Positions 18,939 through 28,479 of a DNA stretch of 64,000 nt are shown piece after piece. A program made the translations under genes and the position numbers. The notes under the pieces were generated by a model that searched no databases, had not been told where the DNA came from, and worked only from the letters and a program-made list of their open reading frames with translations. Source of the stretch: Candidatus Eremiobacteria bacterium. GTDB lineage: Bacteria; Vulcanimicrobiota; Vulcanimicrobiia; Vulcanimicrobiales; Vulcanimicrobiaceae. Numbering within the stretch: position 1 is the first letter of the stretch; each line of letters opens with the position of its first letter. The stretch covers positions 14,670 to 78,669 of the forward strand of contig JAICWY010000003.1 of assembly GCA_025934645.1 (NCBI GenBank). The letters run 5' to 3'.

Positions 18939-19523
18939 TCAGAGCGCCGGCTTGTCCTGGCATTTCTCTACGGATGGGGAGTCGCTTGGAAAGACCGAAA
19001 AAATCGTGCCTTTCTTTACTTCGATGTCTTTGCCGTGGTGGAAGTAATTGAAGAGGCCGATGGCAGCCCCGATGCCGGGCAACGGTATTGCGCCCAAATA
19101 TCCGGGCATGTTGCCGCTGTTGCCGCTGCGCTGCAGATCGCTCGCGTTGTGATCCAGCACCACGCCGAAGTGCTCGCCGCCCGGTAAAACGAGATACCGC
19201 GGCTCGAGCACCAGCGTTCCGGGCCGTCCGCCGCGGCCCGCGGCCGAAGCGATCGATACGATGCCGTAACCGATCGTGCGCGCCGGCAAGACGATGGTGT
19301 TTCCTACCGTCACGGCATTGATCGTCTCGAAACGGAAGAAATCGCCCGGACGCGCCTGCGACGAATCGACGTCGTCGATCATCTGCACCGCCACGACTGT
19401 GCAGAGATCAATCTTGCCGAGCAACGCTGAGGTCTCCGGCTCGGCAGCAAGCGCTCCGGCGGCAAAGAGCAGCGTTAGCCCAAGAAGTACGGCCAATAGC
19501 GGGGTCGTCATACGGATGCTCAT
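18939..19523 (-). CDS. Secreted hypothetical protein
   Basis: Signal peptide MSIRMTTPLLAVLLGLTLLFAAGALA/AEP. Normal composition. No family recognised. Confidence 0.55.
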   Translation of the reverse strand: MSIRMTTPLLAVLLGLTLLFAAGALAAEPETSALLGKIDLCTVVAVQMIDDVDSSQARPGDFFRFETINAVTVGNTIVLPARTIGYGIVSIASAAGRGGRPGTLVLEPRYLVLPGGEHFGVVLDHNASDLQRSGNSGNMPGYLGAIPLPGIGAAIGLFNYFHHGKDIEVKKGTIFSVFPSDSPSVEKCQDKPAL

Positions 19524-19602
19524 CGCCGTGTTGTTACCCGTCCTGGGAGGCTTGAGCCTTGCGCCCCTGCGCGGTTTTGCGCGTTCGTTGTATGCTCAGC
19601 GC

Positions 19603-20592
19603 ATGAAGTGGCTGTACGTCGCGCTCGCTGCGGCGCTGCTGTCGGGATGCGGCGGGAGTGCGGGACCGGTTTCGCCCTTCCCCACGCCGCGCGTGCGCTT
19701 TCTGTATGCGACCACGGTTACCGCGAATCAAGTTTTGTTGTTCGACGGCACGGCGCGCGGCAACGCCGCGCCCGCGCAAACACTCGCCGGAAGCAATACG
19801 CAATTGGATCGCCCCGGCGGCCTGACCGTAACGCAGAACGCCTTATACGTAGCCAATGCCGGCGGTGCCGTCACGGTGTACCCGGCCTTTACCGGCGGAA
19901 ACATTTTGCCGCTTTCGTTCATTCGCGGGAATCTCACGCAGCTTAGCGGCCCGTCGATGATCGCGCTCGATTCCGCCGGCACGATCTACGTCACGAACAA
20001 CGCGTCGCGCAACGGCGCGGGCGTGGACAGCATCGTCGCTTTTGCTCCGGGCTCCGCCGAAAACGTCTATCCTTCGACGTGGATTCAGGGCACATCGACG
20101 CATCTCGCGCAGCCGAACGGCATTGCCGTTGACGCGCACGGCGACATCTTTGTCGCAAACACGGCGAGCAACACCATTACGGCGTACGCGCCGGTGAGGA
20201 CCGGCATCGTGCCCGCGAACGAAACGCCGTTTTTGACGCTGGCCGGCGGCGCGACCGGCCTTAACGCCCCGTTTGGACTGGCGATCGATTCGCTCGGGCG
20301 GCTCTGGGCCGGCGACAGCGGCAACAACACGATCGAAGTCTTCGCCTCCAACGCGTTTGGGAATGCCGCGCCGATGTTTACATTTTCCGGTGCCGCGACC
20401 GGGCTATCGGCGCCGCAGGAGATCGGCTTCGATCCGTTCGGACAACTCGACGTCGCGAACGGCGGCGGATCCGTCGAAGTTTTCAGCCCGCTGCCGTTTC
20501 CGTTGCCCGGCGGCGGCAACATCGCGCCCGCGCTGCAGATCTCCGGTCAAGCGACGCAGCTTACCGGCGTACTAGGCGTCGCCGGACTCTAG
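19603..20592 (+). CDS. NHL-repeat beta-propeller lipoprotein
   Basis: Lipobox MKWLYVALAAALLSGC. Repeated 'P.GIAVD..G.IYVAN...N.I..Y' units (GLTVTQNALYVAN, ALDSAGTIYVTN, IAVDAHGDIFVAN, LAIDSLGRLWAGD, GFDPFGQLDVAN). Confidence 0.7.
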   Translation: MKWLYVALAAALLSGCGGSAGPVSPFPTPRVRFLYATTVTANQVLLFDGTARGNAAPAQTLAGSNTQLDRPGGLTVTQNALYVANAGGAVTVYPAFTGGNILPLSFIRGNLTQLSGPSMIALDSAGTIYVTNNASRNGAGVDSIVAFAPGSAENVYPSTWIQGTSTHLAQPNGIAVDAHGDIFVANTASNTITAYAPVRTGIVPANETPFLTLAGGATGLNAPFGLAIDSLGRLWAGDSGNNTIEVFASNAFGNAAPMFTFSGAATGLSAPQEIGFDPFGQLDVANGGGSVEVFSPLPFPLPGGGNIAPALQISGQATQLTGVLGVAGL

Positions 20593-20927
20593 ACCGGCAA
20601 CGCGTCGCACTTCGCGGCGAAGACGAAGTCGCTTTCGGTCAGACCCTTGATCTTGTGCGTCCAAATCGTGAGCGTGACGCGGCCCCATGCGAGCGCAATG
20701 TCGGGATGGTGCGCTTGCGATTCCGCGAGTTCGCCGACGCGGTTCACGAATGCGATCGCCTCCACGAAGTTTTTGAAGCGGTACGTTTTTTCCAGATAAT
20801 AGTGCTCGCCGCCGCGCAGTTCCCAACCGCCGCCGAGCTGCGCGAGCATTGCCCGCGCTGCCTCTTGCGGCATGGGCGGAACGCCGCCTTTGCACGGAAT
20901 GCATTCCCGTGCTGAAAGGTCAGTCAC
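20589..20927 (-). CDS. 4a-hydroxytetrahydrobiopterin (pterin-4-alpha-carbinolamine) dehydratase
   Basis: CIPCKGG...L..GW........L.K.Y.FKNF.EAIAFVNRVGELAE.QAHHPDI...WGRV.L.IWTH...GLTE.DF is the PCD family signature. Confidence 0.85.
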   Translation of the reverse strand: MTDLSARECIPCKGGVPPMPQEAARAMLAQLGGGWELRGGEHYYLEKTYRFKNFVEAIAFVNRVGELAESQAHHPDIALAWGRVTLTIWTHKIKGLTESDFVFAAKCDALPV

Positions 20928-21429
20928 CGGTGTTGAAGATCAGGCGGTAGCGCGCGCGGTCCATTTCGCGCCGTTCGACGCGCGCCTGGACCGCGCCGGC
21001 GAGTTCGGTGAGCATATTTTGCAGCGATTGCTCCGCGGTATTTCCAGCCAAATGCCGGTTCACCAAGTTGCCGAGCCCGCTCATCGGCATGTCGTAATCG
21101 CCGCCAAGCCAGAGCAGCGCGTTCGAGGGCCCGGTGCTGTCGATGCCGATGCTGCCCGTAAACTTCGGAAAGAGCTGCGGGCTGCGGCGCGCGTGCATCG
21201 TAAATGCGATCTCGTGCCGCGGTTCCAGCGTTTCCGAGAGCAACTCGATCGTCACGGGAATTGCAATATAGCCGACGTCGGGAAGTCCGAGCGTTGCCAG
21301 CGCAACGTAGAGCGAGAAGTCGCTCCACTCGCCTTTGGCTCCCGCGATCTCGTGCATGATTGAAGAAATCGCCGCGCGTGCGGGAACAGCGGGAACGGAA
21401 AGCGGCCGCTGCAGATCGATCTTCGGCAT
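20920..21429 (-). CDS. Hypothetical protein
   Basis: 169-aa ORF from ATG 21429 (MPKIDLQRPL...), co-oriented and overlapping the PCD start by 8 nt. No family recognised. Confidence 0.5.
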   Translation of the reverse strand: MPKIDLQRPLSVPAVPARAAISSIMHEIAGAKGEWSDFSLYVALATLGLPDVGYIAIPVTIELLSETLEPRHEIAFTMHARRSPQLFPKFTGSIGIDSTGPSNALLWLGGDYDMPMSGLGNLVNRHLAGNTAEQSLQNMLTELAGAVQARVERREMDRARYRLIFNTGD

Positions 21430-21436
21430 GGCGTCA

Positions 21437-21700
21437 TCATACCCGCAAGCCCAGGCGGCGCCGGGCAAGCGTTTCCTCGATGCCTTCGATGGCAAAGCGC
21501 TTTTCGCGTCCCCGGGCGCCATGCAGCAACAGCACATGCGCGGGCGCGACGCCGAGCGCTTCGGCTAAGGCCTTCACGCAGGCGGCGTTCGCCGCTCCCT
21601 CAACGGCGCGCTCTCGCACCCGCAAAACGACCGTTCCATCTTCAACGGAAATGCCGGGCTGCTTGGAACCCGGTTTGACGCGTACTGCGATCTGCAGCAC
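21437..21700 (-). CDS. DUF167 (YggU-like) protein
   Basis: IAVRVKPGSKQPGI......VLRVRERAVEGAAN.A....LAEALGV....V.L..G..GR.K matches the YggU/DUF167 pattern. Confidence 0.8.
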   Translation of the reverse strand: MLQIAVRVKPGSKQPGISVEDGTVVLRVRERAVEGAANAACVKALAEALGVAPAHVLLLHGARGREKRFAIEGIEETLARRRLGLRV

Positions 21701-23169
21701 TATTGGACGGTTTTTGGAAGCAGCTGCAACTCGCCGCGCGCATAGTCGAGTACCACCGTGTAGTTCGAGAGGAAGCGCGAGCCCAGATGACCGTCGGCGG
21801 TGCCTTTGAGCGTCTGGGTCGTGCCGATCTCTTGATTCTGCGCGGTCAGATTCCCGATCGTCACGCTCGGAATGTGCCCCAGCATCTCTACGCTCGCTCC
21901 GCCCACGCCGCTTACGCTCGCGCTCGAGGTCGGAGAGAAGAGATTGGAATGCCGGCGGTAGTACGCATACGCGAGATTGATGTTCGATTCGTCGCCGGTG
22001 TCCACCGCGAGCATTGTCGGCAAATCGCCGAGCGTCACGCTTACGACCGGAACGAAGTTCTGAAACTGCAGCGGGACCGTGGCTCCGCGTTGCGGCACCG
22101 TGGCGGCGCGTCCGAAGTATAGTGCGTGTTTGCTGTAGTCGATCGTCACCGCGGCGCTCGCCAGAATATCCGCGCCGAGCACCAAGTCGTATCCATAGCG
22201 GCTAATATCGCTCAGCACGATGTAATTGGCGTCGCCGAACCGCACGTTGCCGATCTCCAGCGGGCCCGTTCGCACGACCTCCGTCGCATAATCGCCGAGT
22301 CCGGCAACGTGCAACATGCCGATCGGTTTCAAGTTCAACTTTTCCGCGAGCTCTAAACTCATCGACATGCTGGAATTCCCGGTGTCGATTAGGCATTTCA
22401 CGTGCAAACCGCCGATCGTGCACGTGCCGACGGGCGCAGAGCTGCCGGGATCGATCGGCATGCCGGCGGAGGCATCGGAAAACGTGGGCTTCAGGCCCTG
22501 CGGCGCTTCAAGGTTGCCGCTCGCCACCGCGCGTGTGACGTAACGCTCGAGCGGCGCGCCATTGCGATCGATCGTGTATGGGAGCCGGTACGGCCCGACG
22601 CGCCGGTAATCGCGCATCACGTACGTCGCACTTCCCGTCATGTCTTGGGCGCCGGCCACGAGCCATGTGTGCGGATCGACGAAGATCTTCATCGGCGTCG
22701 CGATTGTGTCGGAAACGAAAATCTCGCGGCAGCGGCGGCCTTCGAATCGTGTGTACCCGCCGTCGTACACGCGTCCGCCTTGCGATTGAAAATCCGGTGA
22801 GAGAAAATCCAACACGCCGGTAATACGAAGTGCGCGCAGATACGCTTCCGGCGCCGGCGAGCGCGGCAGCGCCGTGCCGTTGATATTCACCGAGTAAAGG
22901 CGTTCGCCGTCGAAATACGTCGCGACGCAGATCGCGCCGGTGCATTGCCGCAGCGAAAACCGCAAACCTTGCACGTCCGTATCGAGCATGGCTTGCTGTC
23001 CGTCCACCGCGTGCGGTGACGTGCTGATGAGATGCGCGTTGTAAAGCGGACCAGCTGCGGCGCGCATGTGCGAGAACACGGCGGCAAGCGGCAGCGGACG
23101 CGCCGGCGCAGCGCCCACGATCAGCGGCGCCAGCCCGCAGAGCAATGCAATCCGCGCGGCGAATCCCAT
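21700..23169 (-). CDS. Secreted protein with two tandem retropepsin-like aspartic protease domains
   Basis: Signal-like MGFAARIALLCGLAPLIVGAAPA. Two D-T-G active-site motifs in one chain (VKCLIDTGNSSMSM and MLAVDTGDESNINL), each followed by a GxDxLxx/xLDY-type C-terminal strand (LVLGADILASAAVTIDY; HLGSRFLSNYTVVLDY). Confidence 0.7.
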   Translation of the reverse strand: MGFAARIALLCGLAPLIVGAAPARPLPLAAVFSHMRAAAGPLYNAHLISTSPHAVDGQQAMLDTDVQGLRFSLRQCTGAICVATYFDGERLYSVNINGTALPRSPAPEAYLRALRITGVLDFLSPDFQSQGGRVYDGGYTRFEGRRCREIFVSDTIATPMKIFVDPHTWLVAGAQDMTGSATYVMRDYRRVGPYRLPYTIDRNGAPLERYVTRAVASGNLEAPQGLKPTFSDASAGMPIDPGSSAPVGTCTIGGLHVKCLIDTGNSSMSMSLELAEKLNLKPIGMLHVAGLGDYATEVVRTGPLEIGNVRFGDANYIVLSDISRYGYDLVLGADILASAAVTIDYSKHALYFGRAATVPQRGATVPLQFQNFVPVVSVTLGDLPTMLAVDTGDESNINLAYAYYRRHSNLFSPTSSASVSGVGGASVEMLGHIPSVTIGNLTAQNQEIGTTQTLKGTADGHLGSRFLSNYTVVLDYARGELQLLPKTVQ

Positions 23170-23172
23170 AGC

Positions 23173-23472
23173 ATGAAGTTCGATTACCTCGACCGCTATC
23201 TTCTTGACGGGACGCCCCAGAAAGCCCAAGTGGTCAAGGAAGTATTGAAGAACCGGACGGACGTGCCGGGCAGCGCGGCATTTTACGAAGGCATCAAGAT
23301 GCTCGGACCCAAGACGCCCGACCTGAGCCTTATCGCGCTGCGCCTTGTCCTCGCCGGAAAGGCGGCTGACGACGCGCGCGTGGTGCGCATGCGCCAAATC
23401 GTGGAACGCGCGCGGGCCAATGGCATCGACCGCCAGTCGGCTGTGGACGCGTACTATAAGGAACTGGAATGA
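23173..23472 (+). CDS. Hypothetical 99-aa protein
   Basis: MKFDYLDRYLLDGTPQKAQVVKEVLKNRTDVPGSAAFYEGIKMLGPK... Its stop overlaps the next ATG (ATGA at 23469-23472). The ATG lies 3 nt from the divergent protease ATG. Confidence 0.5.
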   Translation: MKFDYLDRYLLDGTPQKAQVVKEVLKNRTDVPGSAAFYEGIKMLGPKTPDLSLIALRLVLAGKAADDARVVRMRQIVERARANGIDRQSAVDAYYKELE

Positions 23473-24536
23473 TCGCGCCGCTTTTGATTCCGGGAGCGTG
23501 GATGTGGTCGGCCTGGCAGCCCGACCGCGGCATGCCGTTCAACAGCTATCTCTTCGAAACAGCAGACGGCAACGTTGCGGTCGATCCGCTGCCGCTCGAC
23601 GAGGAGTCGCTGAAGTGGCTCGCTGGGCGGGGCGGCGTCAAGACGATCGTGCTCACCAACCGCGACCATCGCCGGGACGCGCAGGCGCTTCGCGAGCGGT
23701 TCGGATCGCGAGTCGTCGCGCACGCTCCCGAGGCGCCGCTCTTCGATATCGCCATCGACGGCACGTTTGCGGGCGGCGAAAGTGTTTTTCCGGGTGCGCG
23801 AGCGATCGCGCTGCCGCACGGGAAAACGGCCGGCGAGGTCGCGCTCTATTTACAGAAAGAACGCGCTGTCGTTCTGGGCGACGCGATTCTCGGCGCGCCG
23901 GCCGGCGCGCTCTCGCTGCTTCCGGACGAGAAATTGGCGGATCCCGATCGGCTCGTGCTCGCCCTGCGGAAGATTTGGGCATTGCAGCCGGAGGCGTTGC
24001 TGCTGTGCGACGGCCAACCAATCTTCAGCGGCGCGGACGCTGCGCTCACCGCGTTGCTCGATTCGCGCGCGGGCGCGGAGCTCTACCGCGTCAATCTCGC
24101 TGAAATCGAATACGAACCGGATCGGGATCACGAGCGCTATCAATGCGACGACGGTGAAATCGGCTTGCTGATCGGCGCGAGAAAACTGGGATACCGCGTG
24201 GCGCGGATCGCTGCGGGGAAAGCGTTCTGTCCGCTGCACTCGCACGATCGCGAAGAAGAGTTCTTCTACATTCTGGAGGGGACGCCGGCGATCCGCACCT
24301 CGCGCGGAACGCTGCAGTGCCGCGCCGGCGATTTCATCGCCTTTCCGGTCGGCGAGCGCGGCACGCACCAACTGATCAATAACGGTCCCGAATCGTGCCT
24401 CGTCCTCATGGTCGGCCTGAACGAAGAGAACGAGGTCTGTTTCTATCCCGATTCCGAGAAACTGCTGATCGATGCGCCCGGCTCCCACCGCATCGTGCGC
24501 TCGGTTCCTCTGCTGGAGTACTTCGACGGGGAGTAG
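23469..24536 (+). CDS. MBL-fold domain fused to a C-terminal cupin domain
   Basis: The N-terminal roughly 210 aa has the MBL-fold layout (FNSYLFETADGNVAVDP...IVLTNRDHRRD...ALPHGKT.GE). The C-terminal cupin_2 region is FCPLHSHDREEEFFYILEGTPAIRTSRGTLQCRAGDFIAFPVGERGTHQLIN. Confidence 0.65.
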   Translation: MIAPLLIPGAWMWSAWQPDRGMPFNSYLFETADGNVAVDPLPLDEESLKWLAGRGGVKTIVLTNRDHRRDAQALRERFGSRVVAHAPEAPLFDIAIDGTFAGGESVFPGARAIALPHGKTAGEVALYLQKERAVVLGDAILGAPAGALSLLPDEKLADPDRLVLALRKIWALQPEALLLCDGQPIFSGADAALTALLDSRAGAELYRVNLAEIEYEPDRDHERYQCDDGEIGLLIGARKLGYRVARIAAGKAFCPLHSHDREEEFFYILEGTPAIRTSRGTLQCRAGDFIAFPVGERGTHQLINNGPESCLVLMVGLNEENEVCFYPDSEKLLIDAPGSHRIVRSVPLLEYFDGE

Positions 24537-24626
24537 GCCGTTTTGAGGCGGGCTTAACGGGATGCTCACGAAAGCGCCCTGTAGAATGGAACGAGAGCTT
24601 TGGGCATTCGCGTTGATACTAACGAG

Positions 24627-24998
24627 ATGGCTTCATTTCGTACGCTGGCAGCGGCAACGCTCGCCGCGGCCCTCCTGGCCGCGAGCGGCAGCATGGCATT
24701 GGCCGACCCGCCGCCTTGGGCGCACGGCCACGGGCACGTTCGCGAAAGCGAAGGCGCCGGGTCCCCGCGCTCCCATGCGACAGTCTCCGGTACGATCGCG
24801 GGAGTCGACTACGGCAGCGCCAGCATCCTCATCGACACGCCGCGCGGCATGGTGCCGGTCGCGGTAACGCCGACGACGAGTATTTTCCGTGGTTCGTCAT
24901 TCGCGTCGTTTTCCGACCTCGGACGAGGAGCGCGCGTCAGCGTCGACGTCACCGAGATCGACGGCCGTCTCATCGCTCAAATCATTCGCATTCGCTGA
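24627..24998 (+). CDS. Small secreted protein (OB/beta-rich, DUF5666-like?)
   Basis: Signal peptide MASFRTLAAATLAAALLAASGSMALA/DPP, a His-rich linker, then beta-strand repeats TVSGTIAGVDYGSASILIDT...VSVDVTEIDGRLIAQIIRI. Confidence 0.5.
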   Translation: MASFRTLAAATLAAALLAASGSMALADPPPWAHGHGHVRESEGAGSPRSHATVSGTIAGVDYGSASILIDTPRGMVPVAVTPTTSIFRGSSFASFSDLGRGARVSVDVTEIDGRLIAQIIRIR

Positions 24999-25944
24999 TC
25001 TCGGTAAGTCGTACCGCGACGCGCGGGGTGTTCGCGCGGCGCTCGACGGCGTCTCACTCTCGGTTGCCGATGGCGAGACGTTGGTCATTCTGGGACCCAG
25101 CGGCGCGGGCAAAACGACGCTGCTGCGCGTGCTGGCCGGATTGGAAACGCCAGAAAGCGGCCGCATCACGCTGGATGGACGTGAGATTACCGCGGTGCCG
25201 CCGCACCGGCGCCGGATTGCGCTCGTCTTTCAAGAAGACGCGCTTTTCCCGCACATGAGCATCGAGCGCAATCTTCGATTTGCCGGTGCCGCCGCGCGGC
25301 GCGTGCGCGAGGTGGCCGAAGCGCTTGAGATCGCACAACATTTGAAGGAGCGTCCCGCGCGTCTCTCCGGCGGCGAACGCCAACGCGCCGCGCTCGCGCG
25401 CGCCGTACTCAGCGATCCGCGCGTGCTGCTGCTCGACGAACCGCTCGCGCATCTCGATCCGCAACTGCGCGCGCACGTGCGGCGTCAGTTCGCCGGATTC
25501 AGGCGTCAGTTTTCCGGCCCTGCCATTCATGTGACACACGATCACGCAGAAGCGCTGGCGATCGCGGATCGTTTGGCGATCATGATCGACGGCCGTATCG
25601 CGCAGTACGGAACGCCGCGCGAGGTGTACGATTTCCCGGCAAACGTGCGCGTCGCAAGGTTTTTCGGATCGCCGCCAATGAATCTGCTCGACGGAGATAT
25701 GGAAATTACCGGCATTCGTCCCGAGCACGTTACGTTCGAGAGCACATCCGCATTTCGCGGGCGCGTCATCGCGCAAGAATTCACCGGCGCCGACACGTTC
25801 GTGCGCGTTGCCACCGGCCGCGGCGAACTGCTCGCGCGCACGAGCGGCGTGCAAACGCCGCAAGCCGGCGAGCAAGTCGGCATTACGTTTGCCCCGCAGC
25901 ACTCGCGCCGCTTCGATCGCGTTACCGGCGAGTTGCTGGCATGA
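24889..25944 (+). CDS. ABC transporter ATP-binding protein, MalK/UgpC/MsiK type (start uncertain)
   Basis: Walker A GPSGAGKTT, Q-loop FQEDALFPH, signature LSGGERQR, Walker B LLLDEPLAHLD, H-loop HVTHD, and a C-terminal TOBE-like domain. The only in-frame start codon upstream of the conserved core is GTG 24889. Confidence 0.85.
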   Translation: MVRHSRRFPTSDEERASASTSPRSTAVSSLKSFAFADLGKSYRDARGVRAALDGVSLSVADGETLVILGPSGAGKTTLLRVLAGLETPESGRITLDGREITAVPPHRRRIALVFQEDALFPHMSIERNLRFAGAAARRVREVAEALEIAQHLKERPARLSGGERQRAALARAVLSDPRVLLLDEPLAHLDPQLRAHVRRQFAGFRRQFSGPAIHVTHDHAEALAIADRLAIMIDGRIAQYGTPREVYDFPANVRVARFFGSPPMNLLDGDMEITGIRPEHVTFESTSAFRGRVIAQEFTGADTFVRVATGRGELLARTSGVQTPQAGEQVGITFAPQHSRRFDRVTGELLA

Positions 25945-27449
25945 GCGATATCCGCGCGCTCGCGGCCGGCGTCGTCTGCGTCGGCTTCGACGGAACGTCG
26001 ATCGATAAGGATCTCGAAGCGAATTTGCGGCAGACGCCGCTGGCCGGCCTCATTTTATTCGCGCGCAACATCGCCTCGCTCGCGCAGGCGCGCGGACTCA
26101 CCGATGCGATTCGCGAGATTCTCCCGGACCCGATCGTCGCGATCGATCAGGAAGGCGGGCGTGTCGCGCGACTGCGCGACGGCGTCGAAGAGCTGCCGTC
26201 CATGCTCGCCGTTGCCGCCGCAAACGATCCCGCGCTCGCGGAGCAGGCCGGCGCGCAGGTCGCGTTCGATTTACGCCGCGCGGGCGTGAACGTCGACTAC
26301 GCCCCGGTGCTGGATCTGGCGCTTTTCGATCGCAATACCGTCATCGGCGCGCGCTCGTTCGGCGACGATCCGCGCCGCGTTGCCGCGTTCGGCGGCGCTT
26401 TCGCGCGTGGGCTGCTCTCGCAAGGCGTCATCGCGACGTACAAACATTTCCCCGGGCACGGATCGACCGAAGTGGATTCGCATCTGGCGCTGCCGGTCAT
26501 CGACCTCAAGGAAACCACGCTGCGGGAGCGGGATCTCGTGCCGTTCGCGGACCTACTGCCGTCCGCCGATGCCGTCATGACCGCGCACATCGTCGTGCGT
26601 TCCCTGGATCCGGACGCGCCTGCGACGCTCTCGCAGCGGATTTTAACCGGATTGCTGCGGGATGAGATCGGATTCAAAGGCGTCTGCTTCACCGATTGCA
26701 TGCAGATGGACGCCATCGCCAAAGGCGTAGGCAGCGCGGCCGGTGCGGTACAAGCGTTGAAGGCCGGGGCGGATTGCGTGCTGATCAGCCATAGCTTCGC
26801 CGTCGCACGCGAAAGCATCGACCGCATCGTTGCGGCTGTCGCATCGGGCGAACTGCCGCAACCGCGCCTTGAAGAAGCGTTCCGCCGCGTGCAGTCACTG
26901 CGTTTGAAGTTGCAGCCGCCGCTGCCCCTGGATGCGCCTGCGCCCCATGCGGGCATCGGCCGGGAGATCGGCCGCCGCGCGGTTACCGTGCTGCGCGGCT
27001 ATGCACACGCGGACGCGGCGCAGAGCATCATCGTGACGTTCGAGGGCGCGACGACGGAAGGTGTGCAAGGTTTGCACACCGAGCACGCGACGCTCGCGCA
27101 AGGCGTGCCGCAGCTTCGCTTACCGCTCGAGCCGGATGCGCGCGATGTTGCGGCAATGCTTGAAAAAGTGCGCGAAAGCGGAAAACGGCCGCTCGTGCTG
27201 ATGCGCCGCGCGCACGTATATTCCGGGCAAGGCGATGCGGTGGTGCAACTCGCGCACGCGTTTCCGGACGCACTTTTCGTATCGACGCGCGAACCGTTCG
27301 ATGCGGCGTTGATTCCGCAGGCCGCCAACGTGCTGTGCACGTTCGGCGACGATGCTCCCAGCATGGCCGGCTTGGCCGACGTCATGTTCGGCGGCGCGCC
27401 GCCCTCGGGCACGTATCCGCTCCACGGTGGCGCAATTGCTCGCGCTTAG
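25941..27449 (+). CDS. nagZ: Beta-N-acetylhexosaminidase (GH3), no signal peptide
   Basis: GH3 motifs AIDQEGGRVARL, NVDYAPVLDL, and KHFPGHGSTEVDSH (the catalytic Asp-His dyad region of NagZ). Confidence 0.85.
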   Translation: MSDIRALAAGVVCVGFDGTSIDKDLEANLRQTPLAGLILFARNIASLAQARGLTDAIREILPDPIVAIDQEGGRVARLRDGVEELPSMLAVAAANDPALAEQAGAQVAFDLRRAGVNVDYAPVLDLALFDRNTVIGARSFGDDPRRVAAFGGAFARGLLSQGVIATYKHFPGHGSTEVDSHLALPVIDLKETTLRERDLVPFADLLPSADAVMTAHIVVRSLDPDAPATLSQRILTGLLRDEIGFKGVCFTDCMQMDAIAKGVGSAAGAVQALKAGADCVLISHSFAVARESIDRIVAAVASGELPQPRLEEAFRRVQSLRLKLQPPLPLDAPAPHAGIGREIGRRAVTVLRGYAHADAAQSIIVTFEGATTEGVQGLHTEHATLAQGVPQLRLPLEPDARDVAAMLEKVRESGKRPLVLMRRAHVYSGQGDAVVQLAHAFPDALFVSTREPFDAALIPQAANVLCTFGDDAPSMAGLADVMFGGAPPSGTYPLHGGAIARA

Positions 27450-28479
27450 CCGCGCCTTCGAGCGCGTCGACTCGGTGCTGCGCGATGCGTGCGGCACGCA
27501 GTTCACGGGCGCGGTGGCGCGTATCGAACACCAAGGCCTACTGCGGTTCGAGCGCGCGTACGGCGTAACGCGCAGCGACGATCTTGCACGGCCCGTGTAC
27601 GGCGATTCCTCGTTCGATTTAGCCTCGATTACGAAGATCTTCGTTACGACGCTCGCGCTGCGCGCGGTGCAAGAGGGATTGCTGCATCTGGACGAGCCCG
27701 TCTCGCGGCATTTCACGGAGTGGCGCGGCACGTCGCACGAACCGATCACGCTGCGCATGCTGCTCGCGCATAATTCCGGCATGAACTCGGGCGCCGATTA
27801 CCGGCAACTGCTCGGCTTCAACGTCGTGCGTTATACGCTCGAGCGCGAACTGGTGGCAACGCCGGGCGAACGCGTGATCTACAGCGATCTCGGCTTCATC
27901 GCCATCGGTGAATTATTGGCGCGCATCTACGGCCGATCGCTGGCCGCGTTGCTGCGCGGGCTGGGAACGCAAGCGCGCTATCTGCCCGAGTACGCACAGT
28001 GGAACGCGATCCCGGCGACGGAAGAAGACGCGTGGCGCGGCCGCGTGCAAGGCTTCGTGCACGACGAAAAAGCGTATCTCATGGGCGGCGTTGCCGGCCA
28101 TGCCGGAATCTTCGGAAGCGCGCGCGACGTCGCATGGCTTGCCGAACAATACCTCGCGCCGTTGTGCGGACGCAAAGCGGACGGCGTCGTGCGAGCCGAT
28201 GTCGCGCGCGAAGCCGTACGCGAACAAGCGCCGGACCCGGTGCTGCGCCGCGGCCTGGGCTGGGCGCTCAAAACGAGCGACGATAATTCGTGCGGCCGGC
28301 TGCTCTCAATGGAAACGTTCGGTCACACGGGTTTTGTCGGTACGTGCGTCTGGGCCGATCCGTCCCGCGATTGCAGCGGCGTGCTGCTAACTAACAGCGT
28401 GTATTTCGGGCGCAAGGATACGCGCGAGCTGCGCGCGGCGTTCTACGAAGCGCTGATCGACGACTTGGATCTGCGGTGA
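27427..28479 (+). CDS. Serine hydrolase of the beta-lactamase fold; AmiE-like MurNAc-L-Ala amidase inferred from context only
   Basis: SxxK motif FDLASITKIF, YSD (YxN-type) motif, and HTGFVG (KTG-type). GTG start overlaps the nagZ 3' end by 23 nt. No signal peptide. Confidence 0.75.
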   Translation: MAQLLALSRAFERVDSVLRDACGTQFTGAVARIEHQGLLRFERAYGVTRSDDLARPVYGDSSFDLASITKIFVTTLALRAVQEGLLHLDEPVSRHFTEWRGTSHEPITLRMLLAHNSGMNSGADYRQLLGFNVVRYTLERELVATPGERVIYSDLGFIAIGELLARIYGRSLAALLRGLGTQARYLPEYAQWNAIPATEEDAWRGRVQGFVHDEKAYLMGGVAGHAGIFGSARDVAWLAEQYLAPLCGRKADGVVRADVAREAVREQAPDPVLRRGLGWALKTSDDNSCGRLLSMETFGHTGFVGTCVWADPSRDCSGVLLTNSVYFGRKDTRELRAAFYEALIDDLDLR

